Shown in pieces: positions 25,954-34,922 of a DNA stretch of 64,000 nucleotides. A program made the position numbers and the translations under genes. Within the stretch, counting starts at the first letter, position 1. The number at the start of each line of letters is the position of its first letter. The stretch is from an uncultured Chloroflexia bacterium (lineage in GTDB: Bacteria; Chloroflexota; Anaerolineae; B4-G1; SLSP01): the NCBI GenBank assembly GCA_963751345.1, contig CAVVUS010000037.1:96001-160000 (forward strand), written 5' to 3'. The notes beneath the pieces are model-generated. The model was given only the letters and a program-made list of their open reading frames with translations. It made no database searches and had not been told where the DNA came from.

Positions 25954-26024
25954 TGTCATCCTGAACGGAGTGAAGGATCTACACCTGCAAAGCTGAGATC
26001 CTTCGCCTGCGGCTCGGGATGACA
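25954..26024. repeat. REP-like palindromic element, copy 1
   Basis: TGTCATCCTGA..GAAGGATCT / AGATCCTTCG..CTCGGGATGACA; similar copy at 48901. Confidence 0.75.
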
Positions 26025-26049
26025 CTCACAGCACCTGCCTGACCCGCCA

Positions 26050-27369
26050 TCAGTGTGTTGCGCAGGCGATGCAAGGATCAAAGGCACGTACCACACGCCC
26101 TACGGCGCGCTCAAGCTCAAGATCGACGTGGTCTGCGGTGATGTAACGCTCGGCGACAACGCGCAGTGCCCGCTCAATCGCCATCAGATTGTGGACGGTC
26201 GGGATGATGAACTCCGCCCTGGCGATCTTGCCTCGCTCGACCCGGTAGTGGTGGATCAGAGGACCGCGCGGCGCCTCGACCAGCCCGTACCCCTCACCGT
26301 CGCGGGGCGTATGCGGGACGTTGGTCTCCTCGCCCTCCAGGGGCTCGGCCAGGATCTCCATCGAACGCTCGATGGCGTAGACGAGCTCGATCCCCCGGGC
26401 CAGATCAAAGAGCATGATCGCGTGGGCCGGGTGTCCAAAAGCTTCCCGAAACAGGCGCAGATAGCGATCGGCCATTGGGGTCCCCATCTTCTCAATCAGG
26501 TTGGCCCGGGCGAGGCTGTTGGCGCGCATGACCTGGCCCCTGTAGCTGGTCTGCTCGGCGTAGCTGTCTTCCGTCTCCTCGACGGTGAGGTAACTCTCGT
26601 ACTCTCGTGCAGGAAAGGCTGTACAGACGCCCTCGTCCCCATCGCATCCCAGGACGCGAACCACGTCGCCATAGTAGTTGGGATGCGTCACACCTATCGA
26701 GGAGATATAGCAAGCCGGAGCGTCATCCCCCCAGGTGCCAAGGCGCTCAGCCATCGCCAGCGAGACTTCCCAGTACGTGTCAAACAACCCACACGCGATC
26801 GGCAGCGCGCGGGCAAGCTCTTGGCGCATGTGCGCCGCAGCCTCCGCCGTGATGCCGGACGTCACGCCACCCACGACTGCCTTCACCGGATGGATGAACT
26901 GCCCCCCTGCCAACGTGATCAGGTGGGTGCCCATCTGGCGGACCTGAAGCGCGCGTGTGGCCATCGTCGCGTCGGCGTCCGCGTGGAGCGTGCTGTCCTC
27001 GGCATCGTAGATGCTGGCCACATTCAGCCGGTCCGGCATCGTGAAGACGAAAAGCGACGTGGCCTGGTTCTGCAACAACTGCCCAAGCAGCAGGAGCTCG
27101 CGAATCTTCAGCGCCAGTGGCGGGGGAGAGACGTCATAGATATCCTCCAGCGTCTTCACAGCAGCCACGTGGTGGGCAGTAGAGCAGACGCCACAGATGC
27201 GCGGCACGATGACCGGCATTTGCTCCGGCGGCCCGCCTTGCACCAGGAACTCGAACCCTCGATATTCGGTGGCCTGGAAACGCGCAGAGGTGACCTGACC
27301 GTGGTGCACTTCCACGACGACCTGCGCGTGACCTTCCATACGGCTCAGTGGAAACGTCAACGTCGCCAT
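26050..27369 (-). CDS. [NiFe]-hydrogenase large subunit, group 3 (MvhA/HoxH-like)
   Basis: RMEGH, L1 PRICGVC, EAPRG, L2 FDPCIACATH. Confidence 0.9.
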   Translation of the reverse strand: MATLTFPLSRMEGHAQVVVEVHHGQVTSARFQATEYRGFEFLVQGGPPEQMPVIVPRICGVCSTAHHVAAVKTLEDIYDVSPPPLALKIRELLLLGQLLQNQATSLFVFTMPDRLNVASIYDAEDSTLHADADATMATRALQVRQMGTHLITLAGGQFIHPVKAVVGGVTSGITAEAAAHMRQELARALPIACGLFDTYWEVSLAMAERLGTWGDDAPACYISSIGVTHPNYYGDVVRVLGCDGDEGVCTAFPAREYESYLTVEETEDSYAEQTSYRGQVMRANSLARANLIEKMGTPMADRYLRLFREAFGHPAHAIMLFDLARGIELVYAIERSMEILAEPLEGEETNVPHTPRDGEGYGLVEAPRGPLIHHYRVERGKIARAEFIIPTVHNLMAIERALRVVAERYITADHVDLELERAVGRVVRAFDPCIACATH

Positions 27370-28220
27370 ATCACAGCACCTTCTCTTTCGAGTCTCACGA
27401 TCCGGTTGCCACCTGAATAGTCAGAAAACTGGAAGAGGAAGAGCGCCAACTGCGGCGAGCGAAGCGCGGCATCGATCTCATCCTCGGCGATGGCGGTCAT
27501 CGAGTCAAAAACGCGTTTGATGCTCTTCAGCCACACGCCCGACTCCTTCTCGATGAAGACATCGGAGGGCCCGCGACAACCAACGCACGGGTGACCCGCT
27601 CGCGGGCACGGGGCGCGACACCCACCCCTTGTCGACGAGCCGACACAAAGATAGCCCTGGTTGATCAAGCATATGTCGGGCAGCACGTTGCCCTGCTCAA
27701 AACCAAGCAGCCGTTCGGGCCGCATATCGCGAAGCTTGGTCCGCCCACACTCCTGGCACACGATCTTGCTGGCCTGGAAGTCGGGATCGTCCATCAGTAC
27801 CGCCATGAAGAGCTCGGAGGTCGGTGGGCAGCCCGGCAGATAGAGATCGACGTCCACGTAGGCGTCCACCGGGTGACACTTGGGCAGTAGCCTCGGCACA
27901 TCACGTCGCTCCGCCTGTGCCAAGAAGACCTCACGCACCTCATCCCGGTCCCCCAGGTTCGCAACGCCGCCTGAAATCGCGCACGTCCCAACCGGCACGA
28001 CCTGGGCGGCGCGCTTAACGGCCCCGCGGAGCTTGTGCAGATCCTCGTCGGTCCGCACGCCCCCGCTGATGAGCAGGATGTCGACCTCGGGCACATCGTG
28101 CGCGGTGACGACCAGGGGCATATAGACAAGGTCAAACTGATCGACCCAGGCATCCGCGTTGATCAGCGAGACCTCGCACCCGGCACACCCGGAGAGCTGC
28201 AGGACCGCGAAGCGCTTCAT
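27357..28220 (-). CDS. [NiFe]-hydrogenase small subunit (MvhG-like)
   Basis: CAGC, GTCA, PGCPP plus C-terminal Cys clusters CQEC..C..C and C..C..CVGCRGP; no Tat signal. Confidence 0.88.
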   Translation of the reverse strand: MKRFAVLQLSGCAGCEVSLINADAWVDQFDLVYMPLVVTAHDVPEVDILLISGGVRTDEDLHKLRGAVKRAAQVVPVGTCAISGGVANLGDRDEVREVFLAQAERRDVPRLLPKCHPVDAYVDVDLYLPGCPPTSELFMAVLMDDPDFQASKIVCQECGRTKLRDMRPERLLGFEQGNVLPDICLINQGYLCVGSSTRGGCRAPCPRAGHPCVGCRGPSDVFIEKESGVWLKSIKRVFDSMTAIAEDEIDAALRSPQLALFLFQFSDYSGGNRIVRLEREGAVIWRR

Positions 28221-28445
28221 CTGGCCTCCTCCACACACAGCCGAACGTGACCACACCCCTGTGAGTCTAGTTCAGCTTCGGCGAATCGCAAGACGCGGGA
28301 CCCTCCGGGAAGAAAAGCACCAATCCCGGAGGGTCAGACTGCAATCGTTCAAGTGCGAAAGGCTTTGCTTTACAACCATGTCAAAGACGGTATACTACCG
28401 CTGTCTTACGCCCACGTCACAATCGAGGCTCAGATACAACATCCT

Positions 28446-30161
28446 ATGGAAGAGCAGCACATCAAACAAAGCGATCCCCGCGAGACCGTCCAAATCACGC
28501 TGCCGGATGGACTTACGTACGAAGGACCCGTCGGCACGACGTTGGAGTCCTTCCTCAGGGCAGCCTACCCCAACCCGGAGGCCCCCCTGATTGCGGCATT
28601 GGTCGACTGCCATCTCCGCGAGCTGACCTATCGGGTCAAGCGAGACTGCGTTGTGGAGCCGATCGATCTCTCACAGTCGGACGGCGTTCGCATTTACCGA
28701 CGGTCCCTCACATTCCTGATGGTCGCGGTTGCCGACCAGCTCTTTCCGGGAACTGAGATCTACGTGGACCACTCGCTGCCTTACGGCGGTTACTTCTGCG
28801 AGGTGCGTAACCGCGCACCGTTCACGGATGAGGAGTTGGCGCGCTTGAGCGCCGAGATGCAGCGCCATATCGATGCCGACACACCTATTCTCCGTGAGGA
28901 GGAGGTGCCCCTCGACGAGGCGCTCGATCTCTTCCAGACCCGTGGGGAGACTGACAAGGTCGGCATCTTCGAGACTCGTGATCGCACGCGAAAGGCCTAC
29001 TTGCGGCTGTACGGTCTCAACGGCTATCGTGACTACTTCCACGGCTACATGGTGCCGAGTGCCGGCTATCTCAAGGTCTTCCGATTGGTTCGCTGGGAGG
29101 AGGGATTCATCCTCCAGTTTCCGCGACGCGTGCAGCCCACCCAACTGCAACAACCCATCCGCTACCCGCAGCTGAAACGTGTCTTCAGGGAATACGGGGA
29201 ATGGCTTCGGCTTCTGGAGACGGAGAACGTCGGAGGGCTCAACCGGGCGATCAGTCGTGGGCGGATCCACGAGATCATCCTGGTCTCCGAAGCCCTGCAC
29301 GAGCAGGTGATTGCCGACATTGCACGGCAGATCGCCAGCCGCAGGGATCATGTACGGCTCGTGCTTATCGCCGGGCCTTCTTCCTCGGGGAAGACCACCT
29401 TCTCAAAACGGCTTGCCGTGCAGCTTCTAGCACACGGCGTGCGGCCCTTCGCCCTGGAGCTTGACAACTACTTCGTCAATCGGGAGCTGACGCCGAAGGA
29501 TGAGGCCGGCGACTACAATTTCGAGGCGCTGGAAGCCCTGGATCTGCCCCGTTTCAACGAACAACTGGGGCCGCTCATGAGCGGAGAGGAAGTGCAGTTG
29601 CCGAAGTACAACTTCCTCACCGGCCAACGCGAGAATGGTCAGGTCGTCCGCCTTCATCCGGACCAGATCGTCATCGTCGAAGGTATCCACGGGATGAACC
29701 CACGCCTGGTCTACTCGATCCCGCCCGACAGCATCTTCCGTGTTTACGTCTCGGCCTTGACGCAGCTCAACCTCGATAGACACAACCGTGTCGCGACAAC
29801 GGACACTCGGCTGATCCGGCGTATCACGCGCGACGCGCGTACCCGCGGCTACTCTGCGATGGACACACTGAATCGATGGGAGAGTGTGCGCCGCGGGGAG
29901 AAAGAGTACATCTTTCCGTATCAGGAGTACGCCGACGTCATGTTCAACTCGGCACTCGTCTACGAGCTTTCCGTGCTCAAATCGCTGGCAGAGCCCCTGC
30001 TGCTCCAGGTCAATCCGGAGTCGCGCCAGTGGGTGGAGGCCAAGCGCTTGCTCAAGTTCCTACAGTGGTTCCGGCCTCTTGACATCTCCCTCGTGCCCGA
30101 GAACTCCATTCTTCGCGAATTCGTCGGGGGATTGGCGCTAGAGGATTTCCATTGGGATTAG
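28446..30161 (+). CDS. Nucleoside (uridine) kinase-like protein with ThrRS-type N-terminal domains
   Basis: AGPSSSGKTT, LDNYF, EGIHGMNP, RWESVRRGE..IFPYQE, FNSALVYEL. Confidence 0.87.
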   Translation: MEEQHIKQSDPRETVQITLPDGLTYEGPVGTTLESFLRAAYPNPEAPLIAALVDCHLRELTYRVKRDCVVEPIDLSQSDGVRIYRRSLTFLMVAVADQLFPGTEIYVDHSLPYGGYFCEVRNRAPFTDEELARLSAEMQRHIDADTPILREEEVPLDEALDLFQTRGETDKVGIFETRDRTRKAYLRLYGLNGYRDYFHGYMVPSAGYLKVFRLVRWEEGFILQFPRRVQPTQLQQPIRYPQLKRVFREYGEWLRLLETENVGGLNRAISRGRIHEIILVSEALHEQVIADIARQIASRRDHVRLVLIAGPSSSGKTTFSKRLAVQLLAHGVRPFALELDNYFVNRELTPKDEAGDYNFEALEALDLPRFNEQLGPLMSGEEVQLPKYNFLTGQRENGQVVRLHPDQIVIVEGIHGMNPRLVYSIPPDSIFRVYVSALTQLNLDRHNRVATTDTRLIRRITRDARTRGYSAMDTLNRWESVRRGEKEYIFPYQEYADVMFNSALVYELSVLKSLAEPLLLQVNPESRQWVEAKRLLKFLQWFRPLDISLVPENSILREFVGGLALEDFHWD

Positions 30162-30170
30162 GCTCCCTCT

Positions 30171-32003
30171 ATGGACCAGTGCCCTAAGTGCGGTGAGGCC
30201 CTGGGTGGGGCCACTATTGTCTGCCCCCACTGCGGAGCCACGCTCGTCGAGGACGAGAAAAGGCGCGCGTGGTTCGGCCGACGGCGGACGTCGCGCACCC
30301 CTCGGCAGCAGGGCCACCATCGCATCTGGATACGATTGCTCCTCGCGCTGCTTGCGGTCGTGCTCTTTGTCGGGGTCCTCGCCGGCTCAGCCTACGTCGG
30401 CATCTATACAGGCGAACGAGACCGCCAGACCCGCAGGGAGACCGTCCTCCAAGAGCACTATCAAGCGGGTATCACGGCACTCAACGATGGGAACTCCGAG
30501 CGCGCCGTCGCGGAGTTCGCGTATGTGCTGGAGCTCGATCCCGAGGACGGCCTGGCGGAGCAGGGGCTCACCGAAGCGCAGGCCCGCCTCGAGGTCAAGC
30601 CGACACCCACGCTGGAAGCCGCACAATCGCTGGCGGAGCAACTCCTCGCGCAGGCTGAGGCCTCCTACGCCCAGGAGGACTGGGTCTCAACCGCCCGCAC
30701 TCTGACGCAGCTCAGATCGCTGGATACAGTCTTCGCTCAGGAGGAAGTGGAGGAAATGCTCTTCCACAGCCTCTACCAGGCCGGTACGCAGTACCTCGAG
30801 GAGGACTCGCTCGAAATCGGTATCTCCTATCTCGACCAGGCCATCGCCCTTCGGCCCCTCGACGCGGACGTGGTGGCCCAGCGCAATCTCGCCGCGCGCT
30901 ATCTCGACGCGCTCAACTACTGGGGCGTAGATTGGGAACTCAGCATCGAACGGTTCGGGACCCTCTACGCTACCGCACCCGACTACAAGGACGTCGCACA
31001 GCGCCTGTACCAGGCCCATGTTGAGTACGGCGACGACTTTGTCGAACGCGGCGAGATGTGTCCGGCGGAGGTCCAGTACAGCCAGGCGCTGCGTATGTAC
31101 ACCAGCACCTCGGTCGAGGAAGCGCGCGCCGATGCGGCCCAAACCTGTCTCAGCGCCACGCCGATCCCGATCAGCGGCACGATGCCAAGCCTGACGCCGC
31201 AGCCCATCGCGGGGTTTTCAGTAGGTCGCCTGGCCTACCCGGTGTATAACAGCGCCAGCGGCGCCTACGACCTCTACGCCCTCTACGCCGGCGGACGTAT
31301 CATCCGCGTGGCGATCAACGGCGATCAACCCTCGTGGGAGTGGAACACCGGCAGGGTGGTGTACCGCGATAGAGCCGCCGGCTCGGTGCAGTTGGTGCTC
31401 CCCGAGGAAGGCGTGCCGCTCCAGTTACTGCCCGCCGGCCAACAGGCGTGGCCGACCTTGTCGCCCGACAGCCAACGTCTCGCCTACGCCGCGGTAGCAG
31501 GGGATGGCAACTGGGCCATCTACATCGCGAATATAGATGGCAGCGGCGAACCACGCCAGCTTGCTGCCGGGTGGGCACCGTCGTGGAGCAACACCGGACT
31601 TCTCGCCTACACCGGATGCGATAGCGACGGGGGCTGCGGCATCATCCTCGATAACCCGGACGATGACCAGCCCGGCGGGCGCCTCACCGGCAGCCAGAAC
31701 GACGGGGCCGTGAGCTGGGCACCGGCAGGCAACATGATGGCCTACATGGGCAACGTCACGGGGAACTGGGATCTCTTCCTGCTTAGCCCCGAGGGCGGTG
31801 TACAGCAGCTTACCACAGACACCTCGGACGAAGGGCTGCCCGCCTGGTCGCCCGACGGCGGCAAGATTGCGTTCGTGAGCAATCGCGGCGGGAGTTGGGC
31901 GCTCTATGTGATGGATCTCGGGACGCAGGAGGTCCAGCGCATCCTTGACCTGGGTGCAGAGCTGCCGGGTTGGGAGAACCAACGCCTCGCCTGGGCGCCT
32001 TGA
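30171..32003 (+). CDS. Membrane-anchored zinc-ribbon / TPR / TolB-like (PD40) beta-propeller protein
   Basis: CPKC..CPHC, one TM, TPR-like helices, PAWSPDGGKIAFVSNR. Confidence 0.8.
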   Translation: MDQCPKCGEALGGATIVCPHCGATLVEDEKRRAWFGRRRTSRTPRQQGHHRIWIRLLLALLAVVLFVGVLAGSAYVGIYTGERDRQTRRETVLQEHYQAGITALNDGNSERAVAEFAYVLELDPEDGLAEQGLTEAQARLEVKPTPTLEAAQSLAEQLLAQAEASYAQEDWVSTARTLTQLRSLDTVFAQEEVEEMLFHSLYQAGTQYLEEDSLEIGISYLDQAIALRPLDADVVAQRNLAARYLDALNYWGVDWELSIERFGTLYATAPDYKDVAQRLYQAHVEYGDDFVERGEMCPAEVQYSQALRMYTSTSVEEARADAAQTCLSATPIPISGTMPSLTPQPIAGFSVGRLAYPVYNSASGAYDLYALYAGGRIIRVAINGDQPSWEWNTGRVVYRDRAAGSVQLVLPEEGVPLQLLPAGQQAWPTLSPDSQRLAYAAVAGDGNWAIYIANIDGSGEPRQLAAGWAPSWSNTGLLAYTGCDSDGGCGIILDNPDDDQPGGRLTGSQNDGAVSWAPAGNMMAYMGNVTGNWDLFLLSPEGGVQQLTTDTSDEGLPAWSPDGGKIAFVSNRGGSWALYVMDLGTQEVQRILDLGAELPGWENQRLAWAP

Positions 32004-32028
32004 CGAAACGGCGATTCAGAGTATAAAT
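32000..32028 (+). promoter_or_regulatory. Probable tRNA promoter
   Basis: TTGACG, 16 bp, TATAAA(T) about 50 nt upstream of the tRNA. Confidence 0.5.
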
Positions 32029-32076
32029 GTTGACGCATAGATGTTGCGGCACTGGTGCCGGCGCACCTATACGCAT

Positions 32077-32151
32077 CGGGGCGTAGCGCAGCTTGGTTAG
32101 CGCGCACGGTTTGGGTCCGTGAGGTCGGCGGTTCGAATCCGCCCGCCCCGA
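32077..32151 (+). tRNA. tRNA-Pro (anticodon TGG), CCA not encoded
   Basis: Acceptor CGGGGCG/CGCCCCG-A, D-arm GCGC..GCGC, anticodon arm CACGG-TTTGGGT-CCGTG, T-loop GGTTCGAATCC. Confidence 0.96.
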
Positions 32152-32227
32152 CAAGAACGTCAAAGAAGCCCGTCCTTTGCGTGTCAAGAGCACAGACGCT
32201 ATTGGACTCCCCCGATGAGCTACGGAG

Positions 32228-32877
32228 CTACTGTCCCAGCTCGATCTCGTCCAGTGTGATACGTCCGGTCTTCAGCGCATAGAGCGCGGCCTGCGTCCGG
32301 CTTGCCAGCCCCAACTTCCCCAGGATACTGCTGACGTGGGTCTTGACCGTTTTCTCTGAGATGAAAAGCGCGCCGGCGATCTCGCTGTTGGAGAGACCGC
32401 GCGCCACCGCCAGCAGCACCTCGGATTCACGCTCGGTCAGCACCTCGGGGCTCGCTGTCGCGCGCACCTCGTGCACCAGCCGGGCCGCAACCTCCGGTGA
32501 GAGCTGCACCTGACCGGCCGCGCGGCCTTAATCGCCTTGCACAGCCACTCCGGCTCCGCATCCTTGAGAAGGTAGCCTGTCGCCCCCACGCGAATCGCGT
32601 CGAGAATGGCCGCATCCTCGAGCACGCTCGTCAAGGCGATCACTTCGGTCTCGGGTATCTCCTGCCGAATCCTCTCAATGGCGGTGACGCCGTCCATCTC
32701 CGGCATCAGCAGGTCCATCAGCACGACGTCCGGCCGATATAGGCGGGTTAGACGCACGGCCTCGACGCCATTCCTGGCCTCGCCCACCACCTCGATGTCC
32801 GAGTCCAGCGAGAGAAAGAGGTTCAGGCCCTGACGTACCACACTGTGATCATCCACGATGAGGACACGTATTGCCAT
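32228..32877 (-). CDS. NarL/LiaR-family response regulator (frameshift near 32515)
   Basis: IVDDH, DVVLMDLLMP, GYLLKD; HTH LTERESEVL..GLSNSEIA..TVKTHVS. Confidence 0.92.
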
Positions 32878-33026
32878 GTTGCCTCCAACTTTAGTCCTAG
32901 ATGGGATTGGGTCCGGAGTCCCAGGTCACTTGGCTCGTCTGCCCGATGAAATCATGATCTCGAACGACTATGCTTATGACAGTGATTATATCCTAGACCC
33001 TGAAAGCTTCCCAGAGGAGGTACGGC

Positions 33027-34017
33027 ATGACCCCACAACGACATAGAGGAACGCGATGGTAGAAGCAACTCGCTATTGAAACAACGTCGCTTAGCAAGTC
33101 CTTCGGCGAGGTGCAGGCCCTCAGAGGCCTTGATTTGGCCGTTCCCCGGACACTCGATCTATGGATTCCTCGGCCCCAACGGGGCCGGCAAGACGACGAC
33201 GATGAAGCTGCTCCTGGGGCTGATCCGTCCGACAGGCGGGATGGGCACCATCCTGGGGCACGATATCGTCAAAGAGAGCCTGGCCATCCGGGCGCGCATT
33301 GGGTACCTGCCACAACAGCCGCACTTCATCGGCAGCATGACGGCACGCGAGACGCTGCGATTCACTGCCCGCTTCTTCTTCAGCGGGCCTAGCGCCGGCA
33401 TCGAGCGACGAGTCGATGAGATGCTCCACGTGGTCGGACTGACGGAGAAGGCGGATCGTCCGATCAAGGGATTCTCGGGCGGCGAACGCCAACGCCTCGG
33501 CATGGCTCAGGCACAGATCAACGACCCGGAGTTACTCATCCTGGATGAACCGGCTGCGGCACTGGACCCCATCGGCCGAAGAGACGTCCTCGCGGTGATG
33601 GAACAACTTCGGGAACGCACGACGATCTTCTACTCGACGCACATTCTCGACGACGTACAGCAGGTGAGCGACACCGTGGCGATCTTGAATCACGGCGAGT
33701 TGGTAGCGCAAGGCCCCATCGAGCGGCTCCTCAACGGCGGTGGGCGCACCGTGTTCACCGTGACGATGGAGGGGAAGACCGGGAACGCCTATGCGCGTGT
33801 CACCTCCATACCGTGGGTTTCAGGGGTGTCAGAACTCCACCGCAACGGCACGACGACCTGGCAGGTGGAAGTGAGGGATGAGCAGGTCGCCAAGGAGCAC
33901 CTGCTGAGGCTGATTCTGTCCGAACCCTCTGTCGTGGTAACCAAGTTCGCACGCCGCACCTTCGAGCTTGAGGAGGTCTTTATGGCCCTCGTCGAGTCTC
34001 CCGCATCGGGGGCATAG
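33027..34017 (+). CDS. ABC exporter ATP-binding subunit (5' frameshifts, start uncertain)
   Basis: GPNGAGKTT, FSGGERQR, LILDEP, STH; RBS GAGGAGG before 33027. Confidence 0.88.
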
Positions 34018-34084
34018 CACACAATGATGGAGATACGCAGAGACCCTTTTACTCATTTGGCAGCGAATCAAGAGGTGAGACAAG

Positions 34085-34894
34085 ATGACAACCTACGAAC
34101 TCAATCCCAGTGAACTCCGCGGCTGGCACAGTGGCTTCGCGAACCTGCTACACAAGGAAGGCCGGATGTGGCTCGGCAGCCCGCGGTGGTGGATCCAGCC
34201 GTTGTTGTGGACAGGCATGCTGGACGGACTGCTTGCCTTGGTCGTGTTTGTGCTCCCGATCGTGGTGAGCATGGATCCCACCAAGAGCAGCGCTCAGTTC
34301 GACCCTATGGCCATTGGGTTTCAGGCCATCTTCCAACTCGGGCCACTCTTCGTGGCGGTGGGCGCCGTGATCGTGGGGCAGAACTTGGTTCTTGGCGAGC
34401 GGGAGTCCGGCGTCGCGGAGTGGATCCTGACCAAACCGGTCTCGCGCGCCGCCTATCTGCTGGCCAAGCTTGTCGCTAGCTCGGCAGGCGCGCTCGTCAC
34501 GATGGTGTTGATACCCTCCGGCGTCGCATATGGGCTGCTGTCGGTGGCCAACGGCAGCGCGCTTCCACCCATCCCGTTCCTGACCTGCGTGCTGGGACTG
34601 GCGCTCCATACCCTCTTCTACCTGACCTTGACCCTGATGTTGGGAGTAGTCGTCAGTTCCCGCGAGAGACTTTTGGCCACAGCGCTTGGCACGCTGTTCG
34701 CCGGGTTGGTGATTCCTGGATTCCTTGGGAAGCTGGCCTTTGGTACGCCCTGGATCCTACCCGCCACGCTGCCGGCCCTGGGCACGGGACAGGATTTGCC
34801 GATGATGATCTCGTTACCCCTCGCGATGACGGCTGTATGGTGCTGTGCCTTCGTCGGCCTCGCCCTGTGGCAGTTCGAGCGAATTGAGCACTAA
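34085..34894 (+). CDS. ABC-2 type permease
   Basis: ERESGVAEWILTKPVSR..LLAK; about six TM helices. Confidence 0.85.
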   Translation: MTTYELNPSELRGWHSGFANLLHKEGRMWLGSPRWWIQPLLWTGMLDGLLALVVFVLPIVVSMDPTKSSAQFDPMAIGFQAIFQLGPLFVAVGAVIVGQNLVLGERESGVAEWILTKPVSRAAYLLAKLVASSAGALVTMVLIPSGVAYGLLSVANGSALPPIPFLTCVLGLALHTLFYLTLTLMLGVVVSSRERLLATALGTLFAGLVIPGFLGKLAFGTPWILPATLPALGTGQDLPMMISLPLAMTAVWCCAFVGLALWQFERIEH

Positions 34895-34922
34895 GTTATG
34901 GGACGCGGCATCTCAGGGAACG

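Noticed and set aside
26050-26052. TGA after the hydrogenase L2 motif read as selenocysteine
   Set aside because: Sec would replace the first L2 Cys; both Cys are normal codons, so the position is wrong
26053-27420. 455-aa plus-strand ORF and many other long antisense ORFs
   Set aside because: Shadow frames of real high-GC genes with no motifs
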